Part shown: positions 23,231-33,204 of the stretch, piece by piece
How the letters are laid out: the number at the start of each line of letters is the position of its first letter
How positions within the stretch are numbered: position 1 is the stretch's first letter
Assembly (NCBI GenBank): GCA_002269645.1
Contig: NIVC01001040.1
Location: 1-64,000, forward strand
Length of the DNA: 64,000 nucleotides
Reading direction: 5' to 3'
Origin: Macrostomum lignano
Taxonomy: Eukaryota
Position numbers and translations under genes: made by a program
The notes under the pieces: model-generated
Seen by the model: the letters and a program-made list of their open reading frames with translations, nothing else
The model's database searches: none
What the model was told of the DNA's origin: nothing

Positions 23231-23563
23231 TTAGTTCGCAGACATTATTTGGTTCTCATAAAAAGAACCCAATATTTCTTCACCATCCTTATCAGCAATT
23301 ATATAGGTTGTAGGATTTTCAGCCTTTTCTATTAAACGCTTCATTTCATATTCTGCCCTTATATTATTTGCTAATGCGTTTATTTCCTGTTCTTGTATTT
23401 CTCTTTCTCTTTGTCTTTCTCTCTGTCTTTGTCTTGCTCTTTGGCGACGTTGTTGTCTTTGGCGCTGTTCAATTTGTTCAATCTGTCTTTGTAATCGATT
23501 GAACTGTTGGCGCTCATTTGCAAGCAGTTGTCGAATCTGATCTGGGGTCAATCTTTGTTCCAT
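23231..23563 (-). CDS. Chimeric ORF: R/Q-rich coiled coil fused to a Polinton integrase-like C-terminal tail
   Basis: C-terminus NPTTYIIADKDGEEILGSFYENQI resembles the P.TY...D..GE.I.G.FYE.EL tail recalled for Maverick integrases. Confidence 0.55.
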   Translation of the reverse strand: MEQRLTPDQIRQLLANERQQFNRLQRQIEQIEQRQRQQRRQRARQRQRERQREREIQEQEINALANNIRAEYEMKRLIEKAENPTTYIIADKDGEEILGSFYENQIMSAN

Positions 23564-23647
23564 TTTATAGAATATAATTTATACAATATTTGAATTATTG
23601 GTTTTTTAATTTTAGGTTTTAGACGTCCTGACCCTCCCCACAGGAGC

Positions 23648-24604
23648 TTATTCGAGTTCCGCTTTAGGTAACAGTAGTCCACTACCCATAACATTTGCAT
23701 TTAAGAAAATTCCAGATCCGGCTTTGGGTCTCATTTCAAGATATAATCCGCTTCCGTCGTGTTTTTCAATGATGTTAAAATCTTTACCCAATTTATTAAA
23801 AATCTTCTGAACTGCTGGCCTAAAATTAGCTCTAATATTGTCAAAAAATCCTTTAGCTTTCTCGCCCGTTTTTTCTAGAGTTTGTCCAAATTCATGTAAT
23901 TTATCTGCTACAACCCCACTTCCTTGGGTTGATCCTTGTAGGAGTAAACCCTTCCCAGCTGCTAACCTAGCTTCTGCATTTCTTTTTTGTTCTGCTGTTG
24001 CTGAACTACTATTAATTGTATCTATAAGTTTTTGTTTGAATTGAGCATCCTGTGTTATTTGCTGTCTTTGAAATTCAGCATCTCGTTTAGTTTTTTCATC
24101 CGCAGCTTTTTTATCGTTTACTGCTTTTGTGATTCCTGCTGCGCCACCTGCTATTCCACCAGCTGCTCCTATTCCTGCAAAAATTATTGGTAATAAAGTT
24201 GCAAGTGGAAGTATACCTCCTTGTTTTGCTTTTAATTCTGCTAACTGTTTTCGGTTATCATGAATTCTTTTGCCTGCTAAACCGGCTGCTCCAGCCGCTC
24301 CGAGGCCTAAAAGAATTGGTAAAATGGGTAACAACCCACCGTCCTTTTTAGTGTGAGTTTCTATTAAAAATTTTACATCGGAGTCTGTCAGCCTATAATT
24401 TCTACCATGATTCTTAAAGGATATTGGCCTTCCTCCTTGTGCATATTTTGCAGCAAGTTTAAATGTATCAATATCATAGTCAAGTTTTTTACTTAAACGA
24501 TCCAATCTTTTTAACATTGTATGGCTTTGTTTGTTATAATCTAAACCTAGAGTGTCTACGATTTCTCCTATAAAAGATAGCCGACTGTCATTAACTGAGT
24601 CCAT
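23648..24604 (-). CDS. Polinton virion-associated polyprotein-like ORF, 318 aa, with two adenovirus protein X-like motifs
   Basis: KDGGLLPILPILLGLGAAGAAG and KQGGILPLATLLPIIFAGIGAAGGIAGG; several G(S/K)G-hydrophobic motifs near the C-terminus. Confidence 0.7.
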   Translation of the reverse strand: MDSVNDSRLSFIGEIVDTLGLDYNKQSHTMLKRLDRLSKKLDYDIDTFKLAAKYAQGGRPISFKNHGRNYRLTDSDVKFLIETHTKKDGGLLPILPILLGLGAAGAAGLAGKRIHDNRKQLAELKAKQGGILPLATLLPIIFAGIGAAGGIAGGAAGITKAVNDKKAADEKTKRDAEFQRQQITQDAQFKQKLIDTINSSSATAEQKRNAEARLAAGKGLLLQGSTQGSGVVADKLHEFGQTLEKTGEKAKGFFDNIRANFRPAVQKIFNKLGKDFNIIEKHDGSGLYLEMRPKAGSGIFLNANVMGSGLLLPKAELE

Positions 24605-24614
24605 TTTTATATTG

Positions 24615-25025
24615 CTAAAATTTCTTTAATCCTTTTCCACTTTTAATTGTAGTTAACATTTTATTAAAATCCTGAATATCCTTATTACTTATTGGTGTGC
24701 TTTTTGTGGGGGTTTCTGTTGGTTGTGCGGCTTGAGTTGCTTCCTGCGCTAGTTTCAAATCTTTTATTGCTTTTATTTGTGAGAGGGTGTCGTTAAATTC
24801 TCTCAATTTCTTTAGTTCTTCTACTGCCCTCGCTGCTTCGATTCCGCCCTTTACAGCGTTTGTTATAGAACCTGCTGCGGAGCCTGCTTGCCCTATAAGA
24901 CCCATATTGTCTTTAACAAAATTTGCTGCTGTTCCAACCACATCAAAAAGACCCTCACCTCGGTATTCAACTGGGTCTCCTACCTGAAATTCATTCAGAT
25001 TTTGCACATGTGTAACGTGTGTCAT
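24615..25025 (-). CDS. Polinton-derivative ORF, 136 aa, putative protease-matured amphipathic protein
   Basis: ATG just inside the right TIR. YRGEG-LFDVVGTAANFVK amphipathic segment; ends KSGKGLKKF. Confidence 0.6.
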   Translation of the reverse strand: MTHVTHVQNLNEFQVGDPVEYRGEGLFDVVGTAANFVKDNMGLIGQAGSAAGSITNAVKGGIEAARAVEELKKLREFNDTLSQIKAIKDLKLAQEATQAAQPTETPTKSTPISNKDIQDFNKMLTTIKSGKGLKKF

Positions 25026-26536
25026 TTTTTGTTCTATTTTTAGTAACAGAAAAAGACCCTTCGCGCCTGCGGCGCGGCAGCGGGTTATAGAGTGTTTGTG
25101 TGTGTTGGGGAGAGTTGGAAGTGTTAGAAGAGTTAGAAGAGTTGGATGAGTTGGGTACGGTACAAAATCACCAGCAAACCAAAGCGAACGACGAGAGCGT
25201 ATTCTCATAATTCAATGGGAATTAATCGTTGTAAGTGTGAAATGAGGAGATTGACCGAAATGAAGCGAGGATGAACGAAACGAGTTGAGCGAAGTAAAGA
25301 CGAGCGATAATGAAGGGAAAACGAGTCATTTCACACTGATAAAGGGTTAAATCGTTTGAATTATGAGAAGGGTTTGCTGGTGATTTTGTACCGTATATAC
25401 TACTGTCCTGACTTGCCAAGTCAGGGCCTGGGATGAGATGTCTCGGCGATTCTAGTCGTCTGGGCCGACAAGTTATCGATTGCAGTCGGTTTGGTCCTGA
25501 GCTGAACTTCGGGCTCCATTCTGGTGCTTAAGTTGACATCTCCTTTCTCATCAACTCGATTTTTATTTCACAGTATACTCATCAAAATCGAAAGGTCGCC
25601 ATCACAGAAGATTCCGTCTGTGCATGGTCGCCACTTTGGAGAGTGCAGGTAAAGTCTCTCAATCTTGCGAGTGACGCAACGTAGCTACGCCACGGTCGGC
25701 AGCCTTGAGTTGAGGAATGAAGTGGGGGGAGAGGTGTGCGAGGGTTGGACGGATTTAAGCTACCCCGATCAGTTTTCTCGCATCTTTTATTTCAGAATAG
25801 TCCAAGAGAAATTGCTCACTGGCGCATAGAGTGGCGACTTTTCAATGTTGCTGAGTATATATTACCAATAGTAAACTATCATTACACACTACTGTTCAGA
25901 GTAGTTAAACCAGCCAAGTTAATGTTTTACAGTGACTGTAAAATCAACATGTTTGCGATCAAAACGTAGTGCCGTTATCTTGCAAAGCAGTGCCCCGCTA
26001 TTCAACAAGTAGCTATATATATAGTTAGCTTAAAGAAAACATTACGATCGCTTCAATTTCTTCTGATAAGCGCTCCTGCAAGGCTGGTTCGTAGGTTTCC
26101 GAGTTAAATAGTGGCAACGTTTTTATTATTTAAAAATGTATAAATTTCTTCTCGTGAAATTTCTGCCGACATTGTGAGTTATTGATAGGATAAATGGGGC
26201 TCTGGGAGGACGTCAGGTCAAAGCAATGGAGGAACAAGCGAAAAATTTACAATTTAAAAATTGCTAAACAAGAGTTATTCAAACATCCGGGAGGTACCAA
26301 GGAGGTATATAGTTATATTGTTTTGATATTGTTTCTGGGTTTGCAAAAGTAATAATGAAGCAATTCACTCATGGACTACTAAAGTAGAAGGATGCGACAC
26401 TCAAAATCGATGTAGAATGTTTTGATGACCACTTTTGCCGAAAAATACACTGACGAGATAGGAAGTTTTCATTTTTTAGCACAAAAATTGTTATTGCTTT
26501 CGATAGGAGGCAGACCCAGAGTTCATCTTTTGATAT

Positions 26537-29500
26537 TGTAGTGACTGTGCATCGGGCCTAGGTGTTGTAACTAACTAACTTTGAGGCTAGAATTGTTCAA
26601 TTACCTTATATGCATCGTGCGTTCAATCATGGTATCGTTGTTTCGATTGCGTAACACTGTTTTCAACGTGCACATGAGTATAAATATATTGAGCGAGACT
26701 CAAGTGTCTCCAACTGAATTGAATTTAATCAATCAACTAGAACACAACAAATGGCGACGAGCGGACTCCCGTACCCAGCGGAGTTTCAACCAGTACCAGG
26801 CGAACCTCCTGTGCCATGGGCAAGGTGGATAAAGTCATTTGAGAACTTCCTGGTAGCTGGAGCTCTCGAAGAGGCATCAGAGAGTCGGAAGAAGGCGATC
26901 CTCCTGCATCTGCTTGGTGAGGAAGGACGCCGCCGAGCTGCAAACGTCGATGCAAGCAAGTCGCTTCAGGAGACCAAAAAGGCACTGAAGGCGATTTTCA
27001 GCTCGTCGAGAAGCGTCATAGCAGAGCGCTTCGCCTTTCGGCAGCGAGCCCAGCACGACGGCGAGAGCATCGGAGACTACGTGATGGCCCTGAGAGAACT
27101 GGCAACAAACTGCAAATTTGACACCTTTCACGACGAAATGATTCGAGACCAACTTGTGGAGAAAACCTGCGTACCTCGCATTAGGGAAAGACTCCTGATG
27201 GAGGAGGACGATCTGACGCTAGATGACGCCATCAAGAAGGCTGAGCGAATCGAAGCAGCCATCAAAGATGCCAAGCAGGTCAGCGGCCCAGAGCTCCACG
27301 TGAAGGCGCTGAGCAAGAAGCCGAAGCCAGCTGCTCGCCATGAGAAGACCGCAGCAGCAGGTCCAAAGTGCACTCGATGCGGAGGCAACCACGGACACAA
27401 GGGCGAATGCAAGGCGATGGGCCAGAAATGCAGACGATGCGGCAAGACGAACCATTTCGCGAAAATGTGCCGCATGAAAGCGGTCTCTGCGATCGACACC
27501 AAAGAGCCTGCAGAGTCCAGTCTGACGGTCCTGGCCGTGAACAACAAGAGCACAGACAGCTTATTCTGCGAATGCCGTCTGGGCGGACAGCTGATTCGAC
27601 TGCAAATCGACTGCGGTGCTGCCGTTTCGTTGCTCAACATGGAGACGTTCAAGAAGTCCTTCGCTAGGCACCCGCTGCTTCCGACGAGCACAAAACTGGA
27701 GGCATACGGCGGATCTGCGATCAAGACCATCGGCAAGGTCGAGCTTCCAGTGACGTTCAACGGCATCAGGACAGAAGCCACATTCTACGTCGCCGACAAA
27801 GGAGCGAACATCCTGGGCCGCGACCTGTTTCAGGCCCTCGGATTCAAAATCTTCCAAGGTGACAACAGAGTGATGAGCATCAGCGAGACTACGATCGAGC
27901 GCGACTTCCCCGGAATCTTCGACGGTCTGGGCCGGTCCAAGAGCTTCATTCACCGGACAAAGATCGACGCCTCGGTCAAGCCAGTGTCTCAGCCAATGCG
28001 GAAGCTGCCGATCGGCCTGAAGGACGAAGTGACGTCAGAGATCAGCCGGATGGAGCAACAGGGCATCATTGAGAAGGTCGACGCGTCCGAGTGGGTTAGC
28101 AACGTTGTCGTGACGCGCAAGAAGGAGTCCAACAAGGTTCGTCTCTGCGTGGATCTGCGGCAGGTCAACAAGGCGGTGATCGCGGACCGCTATCCGGTAC
28201 CGTCAATCGAGGACCTATCGGCCAGCATCAACGGCTCGAAGTGCTTCAGCAAGCTGGACCTGCGTCAAGGCTACCAGCAGATTCCGCTGCATCCAGACTC
28301 TCGAGGACTGACGTGCTTCATCACCGATGCCGGCCTGTACCAGTTCACCGTGGTGCCATTCGGGCTATCTAGCTCCGGAGCTGCCTTCCAGCGAGCCCTG
28401 CAGACGGTGCTTCGAGGAGCTCCTGGCGCCATCAACATCGTGGACGACATCCTGGTGCACGGCAAGGACGAGACTGAGCACGACAAGAACCTCCGAGAAG
28501 TCCTAGGGCGGATTCATCGCGAAGGCTTCACACTCAATCGAGAGAAGTGCAAATTCCGGCAGGCGAGCGTGGATTTCTTCGGATTGGTCATCTCTGCAGA
28601 CGGCATCAAACCGACCAAGTGCAACGTCGACGCAATTCTAAGAATTCCTGAGCCATCAACGGTCGCGCAAATTCAATCGTTTCTCGGAGCAGTGAACTTT
28701 TTGCACAAGTTCATACCGCATTACTCAGCAATTGCCGAGCCTCTGAGACAACTGCTCAAAAAGGACGCGGACTGGCACTGGGGTGAGCGGGAACGTACAG
28801 CCTTCCGTACACTCAAGTCAGCCGTAACCAGCAGCCCAGTGTTAGCTCATTTTGACTGCCAAGCTGAGACGTACGTCACCTGCGATGCAAGTCTAGACGG
28901 ACTGGGGGCAGTGCTCAGCCAAGTACAAAACGAAAAAGAGGTGCCAATCGCGTTCGCATCGAGAGCACTCAGCCCAGCGGAAAAGCGATACTCAGCCGGA
29001 GAGCGAGAAGCCCTGGCCTGTGTATGGAGCATCGAACGCTGGCACTACTATCTATACGGCAGACGAGTAACGCTGCGCACCGACCACAAGGCCCTGACAA
29101 CTCTGCTCGACTCGAAAGGCATGGGGCACAGGCCTCTTCGCATTCATCGATGGGTCGAGAGACTTCGCGGCTACGACGTCCGGTTTGAGCACATCCCTGG
29201 CGCTGACAACAAGTGCGCGGACATGCTGTCCAGATGGGCCACGACGGAGCGCGTTCCAGCCGAGGAGACCGACGAGGAGGGCTACGTCTACGCAGTCGTC
29301 GACTCGAAGACAACGCTGACGGCAGACGCACTGGCAACGGCGACCAAGGAGGACGAAGTGCTGCAGGCGGTTTTGCAGTACATCTCGGGCGGCTGGCCAT
29401 CGAAGGTGGACAGCTCTCTAAAGCCGTACTTCAACGTCCGGGACGAGCTGTTCTGCTGGAACAACGGTCAGTGCCTCGGTCGTGGTGAACGCGCGATCAT

Positions 29501-30860
29501 CCCGACGAGCCTGCGACTTCAAGTCATCGAGGAGGCCCACGAAGGGCATCCGGGCGTCGTTCGGTCAAAGCAGCGGTGCCGCGACACGGTCTGGTTTCCT
29601 GGAATTGACCGGCAGGTGGAGGACTACGTCAAGAACTGCACGGCCTGCACTCTGGCGGAGAAGTCCGGCAAGCCTCAACAGACGATCGTGACACCAATCG
29701 AGTGGCCAGATGGACCGTGGGACAAGGTCGAGATCGACATCTTCGGCGAGGTCGCCGCGGCTCCTCGACACCAGCGGTTTCTACTGGTGATCCACGACCT
29801 GTACAGCAAGTGGCCGGAGATTGCAGCCATGGAAACCGTCACCTCTGCCAACATCATCAAGACGCTTCGGAAGCTATTCGGCCGGTGGGGAGTCCCGAAG
29901 ATGCTGATCAGCGACAACGGACCCCAGTTCGTCAGCGACGAGTTCGAAGAGTTCCTGCGAGCCGAGGGCATCAAGCACAGCCGAGTGAGCCGGTACTACC
30001 CGCAAGGCAACGGCGGAGTCGAGCGATTCAACCGGAGTCTGAAGGAGGGCCTGGCAGCGAACCTGAGGGCGGGAGCGAAGTTCGAGGACGCCATCGACCT
30101 GGTGCTCAAGACCTACAGGACCAGCCAGCACGCTCTCACCGGGCTGACTCCAGCCGAGCTGATGATCGGGCGCAAGCTGCGGTCCGGACTGCAGCTGCTC
30201 AGGCCAACTCCAGTGCAACAGCGGGACGACAGCGACCTGCGAGACAGTATCGCACAGAGGCAAGCCAAGAATGCCGATTACACCAACAAGCGAAGGCGAG
30301 CTCGTGACTCTATGCTCCAGGCCGGAGACTGGGTCTGGCGACAGACGCCGCACCGAGCGCACAAGCTGGCGACCCGACTGAAGGAACCGCTAAAGATCGC
30401 CTCCAAAGCAGGGCGCAACACCTTCGTGCTGTCCGACGGTACAAAGTGGCAAGCGAGTCGGCTGGTTAAGTGCAACAGCCCACCGGCTGACAACGGCGCG
30501 GCCGACCAAGAGGACGACTGGTTCGATTTGCCGCTGCCGCCGGCTCCGCCCCACGGACGGGCGAGCCGCCACCTCCACCTGAGCTTCGAAGGTCAACTCG
30601 AGCTCGACGGCAACCGGCGCGTTATCCTCTTCCGGAAGGGGGGAGAATGTAGTGACTGTGCATCGGGCCTAGGTGTTGTAACTAACTAACTTTGAGGCTA
30701 GAATTGTTCAATTACCTTATATGCATCGTGCGTTCAATCATGGTATCGTTGTTTCGATTGCGTAAAACTGTTTTCAACGTGCACATGAGTATAAATATAT
30801 TGAGCGAGACTCAAGTGTCTCCAACTGAATTGAATTTAATCAATCAACTAGAACACAACA
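26537..30860 (+). mobile_element. Ty3/gypsy (Mag-like) LTR retrotransposon, apparently intact and young
   Basis: 213-bp TG...CA LTRs at 26537-26749 and 30648-30860 (1 difference). Perfect 5-bp TSD GATAT. PBS TGGCGACGAG at 26752. PPT ggaaggggggagaa. Confidence 0.96.
26751..30689 (+). CDS. Single-frame Gag-Pol polyprotein, 1312 aa (two Zn knuckles, PR, RT, RNase H, IN)
   Basis: CTRCGGNH..C and CRRCGKTNHFAKMC; IDCGA; RT with IVDD; RNase H TCDAS; integrase HHCC and SDNGPQF...ERFN. Confidence 0.95.
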   Translation: MATSGLPYPAEFQPVPGEPPVPWARWIKSFENFLVAGALEEASESRKKAILLHLLGEEGRRRAANVDASKSLQETKKALKAIFSSSRSVIAERFAFRQRAQHDGESIGDYVMALRELATNCKFDTFHDEMIRDQLVEKTCVPRIRERLLMEEDDLTLDDAIKKAERIEAAIKDAKQVSGPELHVKALSKKPKPAARHEKTAAAGPKCTRCGGNHGHKGECKAMGQKCRRCGKTNHFAKMCRMKAVSAIDTKEPAESSLTVLAVNNKSTDSLFCECRLGGQLIRLQIDCGAAVSLLNMETFKKSFARHPLLPTSTKLEAYGGSAIKTIGKVELPVTFNGIRTEATFYVADKGANILGRDLFQALGFKIFQGDNRVMSISETTIERDFPGIFDGLGRSKSFIHRTKIDASVKPVSQPMRKLPIGLKDEVTSEISRMEQQGIIEKVDASEWVSNVVVTRKKESNKVRLCVDLRQVNKAVIADRYPVPSIEDLSASINGSKCFSKLDLRQGYQQIPLHPDSRGLTCFITDAGLYQFTVVPFGLSSSGAAFQRALQTVLRGAPGAINIVDDILVHGKDETEHDKNLREVLGRIHREGFTLNREKCKFRQASVDFFGLVISADGIKPTKCNVDAILRIPEPSTVAQIQSFLGAVNFLHKFIPHYSAIAEPLRQLLKKDADWHWGERERTAFRTLKSAVTSSPVLAHFDCQAETYVTCDASLDGLGAVLSQVQNEKEVPIAFASRALSPAEKRYSAGEREALACVWSIERWHYYLYGRRVTLRTDHKALTTLLDSKGMGHRPLRIHRWVERLRGYDVRFEHIPGADNKCADMLSRWATTERVPAEETDEEGYVYAVVDSKTTLTADALATATKEDEVLQAVLQYISGGWPSKVDSSLKPYFNVRDELFCWNNGQCLGRGERAIIPTSLRLQVIEEAHEGHPGVVRSKQRCRDTVWFPGIDRQVEDYVKNCTACTLAEKSGKPQQTIVTPIEWPDGPWDKVEIDIFGEVAAAPRHQRFLLVIHDLYSKWPEIAAMETVTSANIIKTLRKLFGRWGVPKMLISDNGPQFVSDEFEEFLRAEGIKHSRVSRYYPQGNGGVERFNRSLKEGLAANLRAGAKFEDAIDLVLKTYRTSQHALTGLTPAELMIGRKLRSGLQLLRPTPVQQRDDSDLRDSIAQRQAKNADYTNKRRRARDSMLQAGDWVWRQTPHRAHKLATRLKEPLKIASKAGRNTFVLSDGTKWQASRLVKCNSPPADNGAADQEDDWFDLPLPPAPPHGRASRHLHLSFEGQLELDGNRRVILFRKGGECSDCASGLGVVTN

Positions 30861-31631
30861 GATATGTTGTGCCTTTCTTATTGCTCTATCGATATTCATA
30901 AAGCTTTTCGTTCAGAAAATAAGAATTATATGTTAAGTTTTAATTCTACGTACACTTCCTGTACCTAAAAATCATTAAAGTGGATGGCACAGCTCCAATC
31001 TTTGATTTTATGAATCTATTTCATCATCTCTGTTACACATTTTGCTACACAGTCGGCTAAGAATGACAATAGACTCATAAAACCAATGAGCTGAGCTGTG
31101 CCATTTTAATGGTTTTTAGGCACAAAAAATATACAATTTTACGTAGAATAAAAAAGTATGAAAATTTATGAATACCAATAGAGCTATAAGAAAGGCACAG
31201 CACATCAAAAAGATGAACATTAGGTCTGCCTCCTATCGATAAAGAAAGCCATAACAATTTGTGTGCTGCAAAAATGAAAACTTCCTATCCCCAGTGTATT
31301 TTTCTGCTAAAAGTGGCCTTCAAAACATTTTCCATAGATTTCGGGTCACAATCGGGTGTCGCGTCCTGTATATGTTGCTTTAGTTGTCCTTGCAATTAAC
31401 CATGCTAACAAAGGTGAAAAAAATTATTCAAAGCAAAGATAATTAAGTGTCGATTCTTGCACAGGAAGCTGAGTCACTCTGCGCCACACGGCAGTTTTGA
31501 TCAGTGTGTGTACCTTTGCAGCTGCTTTGAACATTCAAAAGTAGCTGCGACCTTCGTACCTGAAATTCATCAAGTGCTCAATGATTTTCGTGCAGCAGAA
31601 CTGGACTCATCAATTTTCAATGTTAACTCAC

Positions 31632-32144
31632 CGCCGTAGCAGCTCAGCCAGTTCGCTTTTTCCCTTCTCAACAGCCAGCTCAAGTGCGGTTTTGCCGTCT
31701 CTGTCTTTCAGACTCCAGTCCGAACCCGCGTCCAGCAGAACCCGACCGACCGAGGCAGCGGTGGCAGCTGGAGCGTACTTCGCCGCCAGCATGAGCGGCG
31801 TGTAAGACGAATGATCCCTGGCATTCGCCAGGGCCCCGGCGTCCAGCAGAGCGGAGGCTGCGACCGAGTTGCCACCACGGGCAGCGTAGTGCAGGCTGTT
31901 GTCAGCTCCGACGTAAGCGCAGGTGGGGTCAGCCAGCTGCAGCAGCTGCTTCCACAGTTCCTCATCGTTGCACTTGCTATTGCCAGCTGCCCACATCGCG
32001 GCGGTCCGACCCCATTTGTCAGGCAGGTCGCAGTTGTCGCGTGTCGCCATTCGCTGCAGTCGCTTGAAGTCGCCCGATTCGGCAAATCGCTGCAGCTCCT
32101 CGCGAACGGATAACTCCTGCAAGTGGGGGAGACAACTACTACTA

Positions 32145-32208
<64 letters not shown>

Positions 32209-32225
32209 TACTACTACTACTACTT

Positions 32226-32270
<45 letters not shown>

Positions 32271-32276
32271 ATACTT

Positions 32277-32344
<68 letters not shown>

Positions 32345-33204
32345 GCTACTACTACCGTGAGCTTGTACTATGGCTAATTACCTTAGGTGTCAGGCCCGAA
32401 ATTAGACCACCGATAGTCACCACCAAGCGCATTTCCCTAAAAATCAAAACAAGGTTTAGACGCTATAAGTTAAATAATGTAGGCTTCTACGTTTCTGTAT
32501 GATTCTGCAGGATCTGTAGGATAAAAGTCAATCATTTTTCAACGTTTTTATTGACTACCATTCATTTCAAAGCTCTCAACCCACCTCTCAATGTACCCAG
32601 CCAGCTCTTCATGCCCATTGCGCGTCGCAATGTCTACAGCTGTCAGACCGTTGAGGTCCTTCAGGCCAAGCAAGCGTTTTCGTTCGTTCTTCGGCTTCTC
32701 GGGTCCTTTGCCGCCGCCGTTCTGCTTAGGCGATTCCGAACTCTCAGCTTCCTTCTTGTCGGTCTCTGTCCACTCAATGTGACTCCACTGCCGCAGCAGA
32801 TGCAGCAGGTGCTTGGCGCAGCTCCAGCTTCCGGTTTGAGCCGCCTCCATCAGCGGGGTCAGGCCTTGGCTGTTCTGCAGCCACTTAGCATTGAAAGGCA
32901 TCAGCGCCAGAAGCCGCACGTTGTCCTGTCGGGCTGCCAAATGCGCAGCCGTGTTGCCCGACTCGTCAATCGCTTTGGTATCGGCGCCAAGTTTAATTAA
33001 GTACAAAATGCACTTTTCAGCCTGAGCTGGAATTCTCGGCGAGTCGGCTGCTAGCATGAGAACGGTACGGTTGGCCTGATCGGTTGTCGTCACGAGCTGA
33101 CTGGTTGCCAGCCGCTGCACCTGGTCAAAGTCACCTTGAATGACCAGCTGTGCGACAGTCTGGAGCCGAGCAGTGGTTGCAGGTGCATGCATTACCAATT
33201 GCAT
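31632..33204 (-). CDS. Short ankyrin-repeat gene, copy 2 (exons 33204-32585, 32436-32382, 32116-31632; continues downstream, 3' exons not found)
   Basis: Splice phases match (2, 0, 2). Third exon has ankyrin motifs GRTAAMWAA, DNSLHYAA, YTPLMLAA, GKTALELA. GTGAGT donor at 31631. Confidence 0.78.
32136..32355. repeat. (CTA)n microsatellite, about 220 bp, intronic
   Basis: Direct inspection. Confidence 0.98.

Larger units (their letters stand above)
22365..25404. mobile_element. Non-autonomous Polinton/Maverick derivative, 3040 bp
   Basis: 369-bp TIRs at 22365-22733 and 25036-25404, beginning AGTAGTATATACGG. 6-bp TSD GTCCTG at 22359-22364 and 25405-25410. AT-rich, intronless, tightly packed ORFs. 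Integrase C-terminal tail remnant. No pPolB, ATPase, capsid or protease ORF seen. Confidence 0.9.
26370..31392. mobile_element. Foldback MITE copy 1 (about 700 bp net), interrupted by an LTR retrotransposon
   Basis: Flanks of the LTR element rejoin to match 47568-48261. Termini catggactact / agttgtccttg. Imperfect 8-bp flank duplication caattcac/caattaac. Confidence 0.8.

Noticed and set aside
25440-25720. Next exon of ankyrin gene copy 2
   Set aside because: The phase-2 acceptors tested hit stop codons within about 6-17 codons.
31923-32377. Poly-Leu and poly-Thr ORFs
   Set aside because: Translation of an intronic (CTA)n microsatellite.
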